IMG/VR virus record: IMGVR_UViG_3300008267_000028
DNA length: 64,000 nucleotides
Direction: 5' to 3' (one strand)
Source: an uncultured virus (IMG/VR IMGVR_UViG_3300008267_000028)
Lineage: Duplodnaviria > Heunggongvirae > Uroviricota > Caudoviricetes
Shown: positions 52,701 to 62,267 of the stretch, piece by piece
Layout: every line of letters starts with the position of its first letter
Position numbering within the stretch: the first letter of the stretch is position 1
Notes under the pieces: model-generated
Told to the model about the DNA's origin: nothing
Seen by the model: only the letters and a program-made list of their open reading frames with translations
The model's database searches: none
Translations under genes and position numbers: made by a program

Positions 52701-53934
52701 TACCTCGACGCCGGAAATCACGCTCAACATCGGTACGTCGGCGGGCTTCCTTGCAGGCGGCGCAGACACGCGGTTCCCGCCTGCCCCGTCTGCGGGTGGC
52801 AAGGTTGTCTATGATAACGGGACCGGCTACTCATCGACGACGGCCGGAACAACCGGGCAAGCCCTCCTGTCGAACGGCGCGGCAGCCCCCGCGTTCGCGG
52901 CCCTCGACCTCGGGGGTACCGACAACGTAATCATCAAGAACCAACTGCTGGTCAGGAACGGCGGTACGGGCATCTCGTCCTACACGACCGGCGACCTCCT
53001 GTACGCCTCCAACTCAAGCACGCTGTCGAAACTTGCCGCCGTGGCGACCGGCAAGGTGCTGGTGTCGAAGGGTCTGGCGACGGCCCCCGCGTGGGAAAGC
53101 GTCCAACTGAACAGCACGGTCGCGGGCTACCAAGTCACGGGTACGCTCCAACCGGGCAACGGTGGCACGGGCCTGCTCACGGTCCCGACTGTCGGCCAGC
53201 TTCTCTACGGTACGGCTGGCGGCGTGTACGCGCTGCTGGCGAACGACGGAGGTGGCAAGTTCCTGCGGACCAACACGGGCGCAGCCCCCTCGTGGGCCAC
53301 CGCGCTGACCAGCATCACGATTGCGGCAGACAGCGGGTTGGCTGCGACGGACGGTGGCGGTACCGCCACAACGACGCTGACGACAACGGGCGCAATCACG
53401 CTCAAGGACATCCTGACCTTCCCGGCGGGAGCAGCGTCGGGAACCTACGGGTCGGCCTCCAAGACCCTGACCGTCACGGTGGACAAGAAGGGTCGAGTCA
53501 CGTCCATCTCCGAACAGAGCGTGGCTATTACGGCCTCGGCTGTGTCGTCCATGCCCTACGACATAGCGAGCGGCACGGTCGGTTCGCCTGCCAATAGTGC
53601 GACCATCTTCCGATTCTTGACGGTTCGTCCGTTCAAGATTTCGCCTGTTTCGGCCGCACATCAAATTGGTGCTGCGACGGGGACAAGCGGCGGCGACATC
53701 ACGTTCGACATACAGAAGCAGTACAAGGACGGAGGGGGCGTCTGGCAGACCGTGCCGCTCGGCACCTTCACCTACCCGACAGGCGGCCCCAGCCCGGCAG
53801 AGGCGACCGTCAGCATCACGGGATCGGACGCGGACTGCACGTTCGCGGTCGGCAACCTCTTTATCATTACGAGTCCAGCCGACGTCGATTCCGTGTCCGA
53901 TATGTACTGGTCGTTCTTCGCCACGCTCGTCTAA
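49741..53934 (+). CDS. long fibre protein (1397 aa)
   Basis: [23 protein letters not shown] domain; repeated GTVTQV.AG.GL, GGTG...GDLLYAS and G.YG...TV...G..T units. Confidence 0.85.
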   Translation: MSKHVTLYSEGKTSPLGGAADNDILTWDATSEEWQSKPPPVKVLKGSLYVAKNGSDLQGLGDGSIGKPFLTIQKALDAASSLFAVGEPVAITVMPGTYGDAFQITRYNTFLVGMGSRPEDTACTNINYPVVVNCAGASSADNHQVGIHGCYLNTTDNFPALTVAGTGSFTVTVTASYLTTNNSGTDANALRCTNANARLLVSDSTLTVQASTLVTGPDILSLTSGSGSFENVQVSHGAGVSLAHAGRAFTIGGGASLACRRVRVVTRTLGPQISLVAPWTSVAPKFLFVNSELTAETDSGGDGITSNVTPAGNAVTAFLLNSYFSITAAAQVFNGTANGRVVYGSLSFASGSGKEIVGTVVPMDEKFGNATIENLYLLNQTISRPLKLGADRKVTADQIDLGSTSDVTGKVRPANIYGEGVTPGYALVTDGTTVSWASVAAGGTVTQVAAGIGLQIGDGTGGTSFTTSGTINLKNTGVPAGSYGTTTQIPTFTVNAQGQLTAAGYVTPTLSGDVSGGFGATSVNKIKGRTVNNNAPTVGQVMTWLPGGEWGPADSAGGGGGGGGGGYTYYLNYNVGGDTSDTFALPNPADKQLSLTYNAGTQVTASTAATTLTYSFLAEFITDVGDPGQTTIPPGIWEVGVFARSSVAYGVFVRAQLYKWDGATGTPTAIGNPSDDTEVTSSAATPEMLNISWFVPSADVGADERLYIRLEVIKTVADPRTVTVYFEGSYPSHVHTTFSAPGGSGLLRVLNGIVQDPASPLNDGDIGDGTISVVKLANPGAPLPGSPNLVLTIDPATEETIWDALDLAGSVKNTLGVGHGGTGLSTVAAGSLLYASLLDTVAALPIGTAGQILTVELGLPKWKDATAGGTVTQVTAGTGLKVGDGTGGTSFTTFGTLNLDFGQVSGKAAQGNDNRFAPIPVSGVGAGRIVFDKGDGTYTVLTNGSTGEVLVAQTNAAPQWSSAVGSGTVTSVSIATASASYATIATATSTPEITLNIGTSAGFLAGGADTRFPPAPSAGGKVVYDNGTGYSSTTAGTTGQALLSNGAAAPAFAALDLGGTDNVIIKNQLLVRNGGTGISSYTTGDLLYASNSSTLSKLAAVATGKVLVSKGLATAPAWESVQLNSTVAGYQVTGTLQPGNGGTGLLTVPTVGQLLYGTAGGVYALLANDGGGKFLRTNTGAAPSWATALTSITIAADSGLAATDGGGTATTTLTTTGAITLKDILTFPAGAASGTYGSASKTLTVTVDKKGRVTSISEQSVAITASAVSSMPYDIASGTVGSPANSATIFRFLTVRPFKISPVSAAHQIGAATGTSGGDITFDIQKQYKDGGGVWQTVPLGTFTYPTGGPSPAEATVSITGSDADCTFAVGNLFIITSPADVDSVSDMYWSFFATLV

Positions 53935-53945
53935 CGGGGACAGTC

Positions 53946-54512
53946 ATGCCACTTGTGTCTCTGACCCGCTACAAAGCCCCGTCCACGACGGTAAACCAAG
54001 ACGGCACCTACACGGTCCAGAACTTGGCCTTCACAGGGCCAGTTACCGTCACGTTGGATGCGACGACGTTCGACAAGTCGGGCGACTACGTTCTGTTCAA
54101 GTACAGCACGTTTCCAGGGGGGCCGAACGGCCCCCAATGGGACCTCGACAACTACCTGCTGCCCAACATCACGCTCATCAACGAGCCTACAGGGAAGTCT
54201 GGTGTCGAGTCCCTGACCAACCAGCCGGGGTCCAAGCGGGTGATTGCTCGGCTCGGGTCCAACAAGGAAAACGGTTGTCACTATGTGAACGGCGACCTCA
54301 CGTTCACGGGTCCACCAAACGTCACCCTGAACACGTCGCTGTATGCAACGCCCGGTAACTACAAGCTGTTCGTGGTGGGAGGCATCCTCACGGGCCTGTC
54401 CTACCTGAACGGCCATGTAATCGTGTCGGGCAGTTCGCTGCGGCAAGTCGCGCCTGTTTTCACGACGGTCAACTCTGGCATCACAACTGTCTGGATTCCT
54501 CTGGGAGCGTAA
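53946..54512 (+). CDS. fibre-associated protein with internal duplication
   Basis: FTGPVTVTLD..F.KSGDYVLF / FTGPPNVTLN..Y.TPGNYKLF. Confidence 0.7.
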   Translation: MPLVSLTRYKAPSTTVNQDGTYTVQNLAFTGPVTVTLDATTFDKSGDYVLFKYSTFPGGPNGPQWDLDNYLLPNITLINEPTGKSGVESLTNQPGSKRVIARLGSNKENGCHYVNGDLTFTGPPNVTLNTSLYATPGNYKLFVVGGILTGLSYLNGHVIVSGSSLRQVAPVFTTVNSGITTVWIPLGA

Positions 54513-54515
54513 CCG

Positions 54516-57500
54516 ATGGCTGTCCTAATCAAGGCAAACAACACGACGGCATACAACCAAGCCGGGGCATGGACACCCGCCCAAGTTCCGACCAGTAACG
54601 ACACGACCAAGGTGGACGCGACCGCCAACGGGTCGGTCGTGTCTGGGTCGTTGACGCTGGCCTCCAATGCAACGGCGACCACGGTTGGCTCTATCTGGAT
54701 TGACGCGGCGTTCTCGGGAACAAACTTCAGGCCGACGACCCCCATCACGCTCAACAATACGCCCGACACGGCGAACGGTGCGCCCAACTACTCCCTGTAC
54801 GTCCCGGCCAACAAGAACTTCCAGACCATCAGCGGTTTGAGTATTGGGGCAAGCGCGTCCAACCACAAGTTCTTCATCGGGACAGGCGGTACGGTCAGCC
54901 TGAACTCCTACGGGACGGCACCCAACTCGACCTTTGGTGGGTCGGGCCGTATCTCCCTGTACGGCGGTGGCTCCCTTTACCAAGGTTTGACGAGTACGAC
55001 CGGGACGTACTCGGGCGGCTTCGACCTGTTTGACGGCTATCTGGTGGTCCGTGGTGATACGGCCACGTTGCCACTTGGTCTGGCGACCAACACGGTCGTT
55101 TTCAGCCCCGAAGTGGGCAAGACCGTCGGCATCAAGGCGGGCTTGTTCAGCACAACCCGCACGATTCCGAACCCCGTCACGTTCACGGGTGACGGCACAA
55201 TCGCCGTAGGCGATGCGGCAGCCCCTACTTTCCGACTGACCATGACCGGGACCTTCTCTGGTTCCGGCAAAATGACGGTCAACAACTGGGGCGCATCGGC
55301 CGCCAACATCGCTTACCTGTTCGTCGGGCCGTCCTCGTCGGGTACTTTCAACGGACAGATTGAACTGACGGGCGGCGTCCTATGGATGGGTGCCACCTCG
55401 GGGACCGCTTTCACGACGGTCAACCCGACGCCAAATGCGACCCGGTATGACGTGGACGGGCCTTACGCCTACTTGGTGTTTGGCGGCGGCCCTTACGATG
55501 TGACGTCCGAGATTTACCTTCCCAACACGGCCCCCGACAGGGGTTTTCTGGCAGTACAAAACAACGTGAACGGTGCAAGCGACGGCGTGTTCTTCAAGTC
55601 GTCGCTTGCCAATATTGCATGGAATACCGCCCCGGCGACTTCTGCCACGACCGCCATATCGGGCGGCTTCTACGTTCTAAGCGGGTCGGGTTCCAACTTG
55701 AACCCGACCGCGACTGTCATTGACTTCCCTGACCGCGTGAGTTTGGGAAACTCCGTCGCAACCACGGGTACCGTTCACTTGAAGTACAAGGGTGCGGGCG
55801 GCGTTTCCTACGCGACAAGTTTTGACCTGTACGCGCAGGTCGTGCCTACCGCCACGCACCTTGTGTACCTGTACGCCGACCAGCAGACCAACACGGCGCA
55901 GGGCATCACACTTTCCGGCAACATCACGAAGTACGGCTCGACCTCGACGACTTTTGGGCAGATTCTTGTCCTTGCCGGGTCCAATACGGCTGACAATACG
56001 ATTTCGGGTAACATCGGTTCGTCGGGTACAAACACCAGCCAGGTACTCGGCGTAGAAAAGTTAGGGACAGGCAAGTGGGTGCTTTCGGGGGACAACTCAT
56101 ACTTTGGTAATACCTACGTTGACGCGGGAACGCTTGCCCTTGCGAACCCGAACGCCATTCGTGAGTCCGCGCTCGATTGGCGCAACACCCCCGCTGGTAC
56201 GTTGTCCTTTGAGGGCGGGTTCTCGCTCTACAACGTCGGCTCGATTCTAACGTCCGTCAGCGGGTCACGCGCCCTGACGATTCCGGCAGGCATCACGTTG
56301 TCGGTCGGCGGCGCGTCATGGATTACAAGTGCAACCACCCATGACTTCGGCACGGTTCTCGCCGGAGCCGGTACGTTCAAGAAGGTCGGTGCGGGTAACA
56401 TCTACTTCACGCAGATTCACACGTTGACCGGCGACCTCGTAATGGACGGGGGCAGCCTGAACTCCTACCCGTCCGCAACCGTCAGCAGCCTACGCTCGGC
56501 CATGATGTTTGGAAGCGTGTCGTCCATCACGCTCAACAACGCGGCCTCCCTGTACGACCAGCCGCAGCCCGCCTCGGCTATCACGACCACCATCCCGACC
56601 ATCACGCTAAACGGTACCAGCACCTACTCGTCGGGCGCGTGGAGTACGTCGGGCGGCGCAGAGGTCATAAACACCTTCACGGGTACGTTCTCGGGTACAG
56701 GCACGCTCGCGCTTGCCATGTATAATCAGGCGCTCGCGGGCAACCGCGTGTCGTCCATCAAAACGAACTCGCTGCCGGGTGGGTTTAGTTACAACGGCAA
56801 CGGCAGCGCGGGAGCGACTCGACGCGGTATCTACCGCTGGTCGGGTACGGCAAACTCCGTTTTCCCGACCAATATCAGCATCAGTATTGGAGATGGAACA
56901 GCGGCCACTCACAATACCTATCTGTTCTCCAACGATAGCGCGAATAACAGCACGATTGAGATTCAAGGGACGATTGACAAGTACAAGTTTGGATCAACGG
57001 GTACGGCACCCGCTACCCTTGAGGTCGCCGGTAGCGGTGACATCAAGTTCTCGGGCATCATCAAAGAAACGGACGTACTGACAACCGCGACCGCCACCCT
57101 CGGTATCTGGAAGTACGGCACGAACACGCTCACGCTCTCGGGGGCCAACACGTTCCGTGGCGATACCCGTGTTCAGTCGGGCGGCCTGCGGCTCGACAAC
57201 GAACTGGCCCTACAGAACTCGGGCCTTGATTGGACGAACGCGGACACCGGCACGATTGACCTGGCCAGCGCGGGCCTGTCTGCCTATACGTTCGGCGGCC
57301 TCAAGAGTACGACGGGCGGTACGGGTCGAACGCTGGCCCTCCCTGCGGGCCTTACGTTGTCGGTCGGTAACTCGCTGGCCCTCACGCACTCGTTTGGCAC
57401 GCTGCTAACCGGCAACGCGACCACGACGCTCAAAAAGATTGGGACCAACTCCCAAACGATAACGTCCAACAACACAGGGTTCCTTGGGGCCGTCGTGGTG

Positions 57501-59438
57501 GACGGCGGTGCGTTGGGGTTGGGCGCTGTCCCTACCGCGACACGAGCGTTGCCCGGCATGGCATCGCTGACCGTCAACAATGGTGGTTCGACGACGGAGT
57601 TCATGTCCGTTGCCACGGCCGTCAATCACCCTGTCACGGTCAACGCCGGGGGTACCTACACGGCGCTTGCATGGTTGGCTGCTGATACGGGTGAGTTGGA
57701 CCTGCAACAGGGCATCACTGGGGCGGGTACCCTCGACATTCTAGCAAGCAACCTAGCCGTCGCGGCGACCCGGTACGCTCGCACCAAAACGACCACGCTA
57801 CCCGGCGACGTGAATCTCTCGACCGTAGGAGTCTCGGGAGCGCCACGGTATGCAAGGCTGCTCTACAGCGGTGTCCAGCAGTCCTATCCGACAAACTTCC
57901 GGCTTAGGCTTTATGCGAGCCCGGTCGGCCTGTTTGGATGGTCGATTTACAACGTCGGCACGGGCAAGCTGACAATCTCTGGCAACATCTCCAAGCAGAA
58001 CGAGGCCACCTTCTCGCTGACGACGGCGGGAACGCTGACGGTCGGTGACGCGCTAGATACCAACGACATCGAACTGTCGGGCAACATCATTCAGGGGCCG
58101 GGCGAGACAGGCGCTCTTTCGGTCACGAAGGCCGGTCCCCGGACCCTAACCATCTCGGGTACGGCCAGCACCTACACGGGCGGCCTCACGCACCAGACCG
58201 GCACGACCGTCCTCAAGCACGGCACGGCCCTCGGCGCACCGGGCGGCGCGGTGGCGACCGTCCTGACAGCCGGTACGGTTGAAATCGACGGCGGCGGTTC
58301 TGACCTGACCTTCTCAAAGGGCAGTTCGGCGTTCACGTTCGGCAGCGCGTCCGCTCTGACAGTCAAGAACACGGCCGGGGCCAACACCGTCACAATGGCG
58401 AGCGCGAGCCTTGGCGGCTCGGTGACGTTTGAGGTGACGGCCAGCACGAGCCTGTCCCTCGGCGGCGCTATCTCGGGCGTGCTGGCAAACAAGCTGACCA
58501 AGACAGCGGCGGGCAAACTGTCTCTGACGGCGTTGACCAGCGGGTACCTCGGACCCACGGAAGTCCGACTCGGTACCTTGGAAGTCAAGAAGCTGAACCT
58601 TGCCGGGCAGACGTCCAGCATCGGTGCGGCGGCCGTCGCACAGGCCACCATCGAACTTGGAGCGGATGGAGACGCGGGTATCCTGCATACGGGTACGGCG
58701 GCCGATCAGACCGACCGCAACCTGTCATTCCTTGGCGCAGCCGGAACGGTCCTGACCGTCGATTCGTCGGGCACTAGCTCAGGCTCGGTTACGTTCACGG
58801 CAGGCGGGACGCTGGCGTTCTCGACAGGCGATCACACGTTCGTACTGGCGGGTACAAACTCGACCCAATACTCGAACACTTGGGCGCGGGTTATCCCAGA
58901 CGGTACGGGTGGCGGTGCGACCAGCCTCAAGAAGATGGGATCGAACCTCTGGAACGTGACAGTTGCGCCCACCCTGACGGGTACGGTCGAGGTCGCGGGT
59001 GGCACCCTGTACTTTGACGGGCAGGCCCGCACGCTGGGCGGCGGCCTCATCATGTCGGGCGGTACGCTTACGAACGATGCGGCCCTGCTGACCTTCACGA
59101 ACTCGATGGTGCTGGCAGGCGGCACCGTGGAAGCCAACCTCGCCGGAACCGGCCTAGCCGTTCAAGCCAATGCCGGTCTGACCGTCCTGACCCCCGCATC
59201 GGGAACCAACCCAGGCCTGACGGGTACGGCCGACATCAACAACGGCGCAATCGTCAAGATGGTGACGGAAACCATCACGACAACCTCTAACGGCATCGTG
59301 ATGGGCGGCTTGAACGTGACGGTCAAATCGGGCGGTACGTTGATGAGTCCGACCGGCACGCTTCAACGCGGGCGGGCGCGATTCAACGGTAACCTCACCT
59401 TTGAGGCGGGGTCCAACCTCAAGATTGGTGGCGCGTAG
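54516..59438 (+). CDS. autotransporter-associated beta-strand repeat adhesin-like protein (1640 aa)
   Basis: About 7 repeats of L.K.G.G.L.L.G.N.[YF].G.T.V..G.L; no C-terminal beta-barrel or obvious signal peptide. Confidence 0.85.
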   Translation: MAVLIKANNTTAYNQAGAWTPAQVPTSNDTTKVDATANGSVVSGSLTLASNATATTVGSIWIDAAFSGTNFRPTTPITLNNTPDTANGAPNYSLYVPANKNFQTISGLSIGASASNHKFFIGTGGTVSLNSYGTAPNSTFGGSGRISLYGGGSLYQGLTSTTGTYSGGFDLFDGYLVVRGDTATLPLGLATNTVVFSPEVGKTVGIKAGLFSTTRTIPNPVTFTGDGTIAVGDAAAPTFRLTMTGTFSGSGKMTVNNWGASAANIAYLFVGPSSSGTFNGQIELTGGVLWMGATSGTAFTTVNPTPNATRYDVDGPYAYLVFGGGPYDVTSEIYLPNTAPDRGFLAVQNNVNGASDGVFFKSSLANIAWNTAPATSATTAISGGFYVLSGSGSNLNPTATVIDFPDRVSLGNSVATTGTVHLKYKGAGGVSYATSFDLYAQVVPTATHLVYLYADQQTNTAQGITLSGNITKYGSTSTTFGQILVLAGSNTADNTISGNIGSSGTNTSQVLGVEKLGTGKWVLSGDNSYFGNTYVDAGTLALANPNAIRESALDWRNTPAGTLSFEGGFSLYNVGSILTSVSGSRALTIPAGITLSVGGASWITSATTHDFGTVLAGAGTFKKVGAGNIYFTQIHTLTGDLVMDGGSLNSYPSATVSSLRSAMMFGSVSSITLNNAASLYDQPQPASAITTTIPTITLNGTSTYSSGAWSTSGGAEVINTFTGTFSGTGTLALAMYNQALAGNRVSSIKTNSLPGGFSYNGNGSAGATRRGIYRWSGTANSVFPTNISISIGDGTAATHNTYLFSNDSANNSTIEIQGTIDKYKFGSTGTAPATLEVAGSGDIKFSGIIKETDVLTTATATLGIWKYGTNTLTLSGANTFRGDTRVQSGGLRLDNELALQNSGLDWTNADTGTIDLASAGLSAYTFGGLKSTTGGTGRTLALPAGLTLSVGNSLALTHSFGTLLTGNATTTLKKIGTNSQTITSNNTGFLGAVVVDGGALGLGAVPTATRALPGMASLTVNNGGSTTEFMSVATAVNHPVTVNAGGTYTALAWLAADTGELDLQQGITGAGTLDILASNLAVAATRYARTKTTTLPGDVNLSTVGVSGAPRYARLLYSGVQQSYPTNFRLRLYASPVGLFGWSIYNVGTGKLTISGNISKQNEATFSLTTAGTLTVGDALDTNDIELSGNIIQGPGETGALSVTKAGPRTLTISGTASTYTGGLTHQTGTTVLKHGTALGAPGGAVATVLTAGTVEIDGGGSDLTFSKGSSAFTFGSASALTVKNTAGANTVTMASASLGGSVTFEVTASTSLSLGGAISGVLANKLTKTAAGKLSLTALTSGYLGPTEVRLGTLEVKKLNLAGQTSSIGAAAVAQATIELGADGDAGILHTGTAADQTDRNLSFLGAAGTVLTVDSSGTSSGSVTFTAGGTLAFSTGDHTFVLAGTNSTQYSNTWARVIPDGTGGGATSLKKMGSNLWNVTVAPTLTGTVEVAGGTLYFDGQARTLGGGLIMSGGTLTNDAALLTFTNSMVLAGGTVEANLAGTGLAVQANAGLTVLTPASGTNPGLTGTADINNGAIVKMVTETITTTSNGIVMGGLNVTVKSGGTLMSPTGTLQRGRARFNGNLTFEAGSNLKIGGA

Positions 59439-59484
59439 TCACGCCTGACCGCACGACGGGGGAGGGTTGGCACTCGGTAGGGTG

Positions 59485-59895
59485 TCAACCCTCCCCTAGT
59501 GCTTCGTCGAGGTTATTGATGTGAGGCAACACAGGGGGCGTCTCGGACACAGGCATGGGTGCTTGATCGGGCCTCTTGATCGTGCTGGCCGTCCATACGG
59601 CGTTGCCTGTCGCGGGGGCCATGACCACCAACGAGAACCAGCCTCCCCCGTTCTCGTTCAAGGCAGCTTTCACCTCATCCATCACCCAAGTCAGTAAGGT
59701 TTCCTTGTCGTTGCTAGGCTGCCTCTGGGTAGTGAGCAGTAGGGTGCAGAGGCACGACAGGTTGTCGGCCCAGAGCGACGATCCTTCACGGCCCAGAGGC
59801 ATGACCGCGAAGTTACGCCGCACCAGGCCTGACATGAGGGCGTTGCCCTGGTGTTCGGTGAGAAGGGTCGCCCAGAGGTAGAACTTTGTCTCCAT
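59485..59895 (-). CDS. hypothetical protein
   Basis: ATG 10 nt after a GGTGTA box. Confidence 0.7.
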   Translation of the reverse strand: METKFYLWATLLTEHQGNALMSGLVRRNFAVMPLGREGSSLWADNLSCLCTLLLTTQRQPSNDKETLLTWVMDEVKAALNENGGGWFSLVVMAPATGNAVWTASTIKRPDQAPMPVSETPPVLPHINNLDEALGEG

Positions 59896-59921
59896 GTGGC
59901 CCTCATACACCGAGGGGACGT

Positions 59922-60200
59922 CTAGGTGGGCGACTTCTCGCCCATGATGTAGTCGCGGGCCTTCGATAAGCTGGCTTTTGCCTCTGCGATGAGTTGCTCG
60001 CACCACGCCGGAAGTTCATCTTGCTCGTTCATGAGGGACAGCATCTCGCGGGACGCTCGACACGCCGCCTGTAGGTTCTGGACCGCCATGTAGGACTTCG
60101 GCGTTACCCCCTCATGCTCGTGCAGCACCACGGAGGGGTCGGGCTTGCTCACCTCTAGGGCGACGTTGGCAGTTTTCCAGCGGGGGTCTGTGGGACGCAT
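59922..60200 (-). CDS. hypothetical protein
   Basis: SYMA..NL...ELPAWC..LIA.A...L....Y motif; GGAG SD. Confidence 0.7.
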   Translation of the reverse strand: MRPTDPRWKTANVALEVSKPDPSVVLHEHEGVTPKSYMAVQNLQAACRASREMLSLMNEQDELPAWCEQLIAEAKASLSKARDYIMGEKSPT

Positions 60201-60209
60201 CTGGCTCTC

Positions 60210-61469
60210 CTAGAGGACGGCTTTCGTAAGTTCCCCAACGGCCTTACGGTACTTGCCAGGGGCGTTTTTCTGCAACGCAGCAAAGAACCAATCTTTCACG
60301 ACGTAGGCGACTGACCGTGAGGAACTCGGCAGCCCGACGAACTTCTTGACGGCCTCGGCCCTGTCGGCGCTCGACAGGGGGTTTTCTTCCAGCCATCCCT
60401 TGAGGCGGTCGATGGCGTCAGTCAAGTCCGTGTAGAACTCGATGTCGTCCAGCGCGTGTGCCTCGGATCGGTCAAGGCCGACTTCTCGGTTCCTGTGCTG
60501 GTTGAACGAGGGCGTCTGGATGGCCCGACTAGGCTTGCCCGCGTGGTCGGCTAAGGCAAAGAGTTCCTTCATGTAACTCTGGGAAAAGTGCTGCAACTCG
60601 TGCCTGACCGCCTCGGTGATCTCCCGCGTGGTCTTGGGCCACAGTTGGCGGCTCACCAGAAGCGGCATCTTGATGGTGATGCGGTTCAGAGCCTCGCTCC
60701 AATGGCCCCCCGATTTCCCATCCGCATCCTTCTCAAAGACCACCCACACAGAACCAAAGCGGGAGTTCATCCCCTCAATGATGTCCTGCATGAGGGCGCG
60801 GAACTCTGGAGAATCGGCGCGGCCAGCCTTCTCGGCTTGGGACCGCATCATTCCTGTCTGATCCTCGATCCGCTTGGCGATGAGGTCCTGTAGGTTCTTG
60901 GGATGGTACTTCCAGCCTGTCAGGTTCACGGGAAACTTCTGAGACACAGACTTTCCCGTACCCTGCCAGACCTTGCCGTGTGCTTGCCGCTCGACCTGCT
61001 CCGACTGTCGCTCATTGGCAGCAAGAGAGTCGAGGGTGCGTTTCTTGTCCTCGGCCAGTTCTCGCTCGGCTAGTTGCAGCACCCCTTCGAGGAACTCGTA
61101 GAGTTTGGCCCGAGACTCAGGGGTGAGTTTCTGAAACTCCCCAGCCTTGGCCTCCGAGAAGCCACCGATCATGTACCGCAGGCCCAAGGCGACTCGCTTG
61201 TAGGCATCAAAGAGGGCGCGGCTCGCCCCCTTGGGCGTCATGCTGTTGCGGAGGTCGGCCATCGCGGCTTCCAAGCCCTGCCAGACATCCCTCTCCCGAG
61301 TCTCCGCAAACTCACGGGCGCGTCCCAGGTTCGCACGAGCGGCCTGTAGTTGAACGGAGGCGGCCTGGCTGACTACCCACTCGCTGATCTCTTGGACCAT
61401 CACGGGGGGCGCTTCAAAAAGCCCGGCCTCGACGAGCCAGCGGGACACTACTAGGTGGGCGTTTGTCAT
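60210..61469 (-). CDS. putative zincin-like metallopeptidase domain protein
   Basis: GGHW...ITI...VRHELQHFSQ (HExxH) and downstream DDIEFY. Confidence 0.6.
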   Translation of the reverse strand: MTNAHLVVSRWLVEAGLFEAPPVMVQEISEWVVSQAASVQLQAARANLGRAREFAETRERDVWQGLEAAMADLRNSMTPKGASRALFDAYKRVALGLRYMIGGFSEAKAGEFQKLTPESRAKLYEFLEGVLQLAERELAEDKKRTLDSLAANERQSEQVERQAHGKVWQGTGKSVSQKFPVNLTGWKYHPKNLQDLIAKRIEDQTGMMRSQAEKAGRADSPEFRALMQDIIEGMNSRFGSVWVVFEKDADGKSGGHWSEALNRITIKMPLLVSRQLWPKTTREITEAVRHELQHFSQSYMKELFALADHAGKPSRAIQTPSFNQHRNREVGLDRSEAHALDDIEFYTDLTDAIDRLKGWLEENPLSSADRAEAVKKFVGLPSSSRSVAYVVKDWFFAALQKNAPGKYRKAVGELTKAVL

Positions 61470-61557
61470 GACCCCCTAGCCTACTCAAAAGAGAAAAAGA
61501 GAGGGGTCGGTTGATTTGAGGCCCACCCGCCTCCTACTAGAACCAAGGAGGTACGTC

Positions 61558-61860
61558 ATGGACGCCAAGCAACTGATCGAAGCAATCAAGGACGCGGGCT
61601 ACAAGGCTCGCTCGTACTCGGGCCGTGGGATGTACGGACGGTCCTGCGTGGGCATCGACATCGAGCGCGGCACGTCGCCGTTCACGGTCGGCATCAACGT
61701 TGCCGAGATGCTCGCAGAGGACGCCTACAAGGCGGCCCGTCTCTCTGTCGCCCAGGACAACATGGGCCTCGACTCCATCGTGTACTTCCCGATGGTCGAT
61801 TGGCCCAAGGATGTCGCAGAGGACGACGACACCGACGAGGACGACGACACCGACGAGTAG
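61558..61860 (+). CDS. conserved phage protein (RSYSGRGMYG..C.G...D.MG...I.YFP)
   Basis: Recognisable motif; AAGGAGG SD; class-2 element upstream. Confidence 0.8.
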   Translation: MDAKQLIEAIKDAGYKARSYSGRGMYGRSCVGIDIERGTSPFTVGINVAEMLAEDAYKAARLSVAQDNMGLDSIVYFPMVDWPKDVAEDDDTDEDDDTDE

Positions 61861-61922
61861 CCAGTTGATTTGGGGTGGGTTCCCTTCCTAGTAGATGGGA
61901 ACCCACCACCAAGGAGCGACAC

Positions 61923-62267
61923 ATGGGCGTCTATGTTTACAGCATCAAGAAGGCCAGCCGCCGTCAGGTCGAGTTCGACGGCCACAAGGTCGAGGCCGCT
62001 GCCCTGACCTTCCACTACAAGCCGTGCGGCTGGGGGTTCGGCAAGTCCGACGCTCCCCACGAGGCGACCCTCGCCCGCATCCAGAAGGGTTGGGACGGCC
62101 AGACCCCCGACCTCATCGTGGTCGGAGAGTGGAAGGAAGGCGCTGCCGTGCAGGGCGCTTGGCCGAAGGGCAAGGCTGTCTGGACGGACTGCAACGAACT
62201 GCCTGGCCAGACGGTCGGCCACCTGCGCCGCCTCGGTCGCGGTTGGGAAATCATCAAGGCCGGTTGA
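61923..62267 (+). CDS. hypothetical protein
   Basis: AAGGAG SD; class-2 element upstream. Confidence 0.75.
   Translation: MGVYVYSIKKASRRQVEFDGHKVEAAALTFHYKPCGWGFGKSDAPHEATLARIQKGWDGQTPDLIVVGEWKEGAAVQGAWPKGKAVWTDCNELPGQTVGHLRRLGRGWEIIKAG

Noticed and set aside
49741..59438. Diversity-generating retroelement acting on the fibre genes
   Set aside because: No reverse transcriptase and no adenine-specific TR/VR pair seen; the repeats are ordinary diverged duplications.
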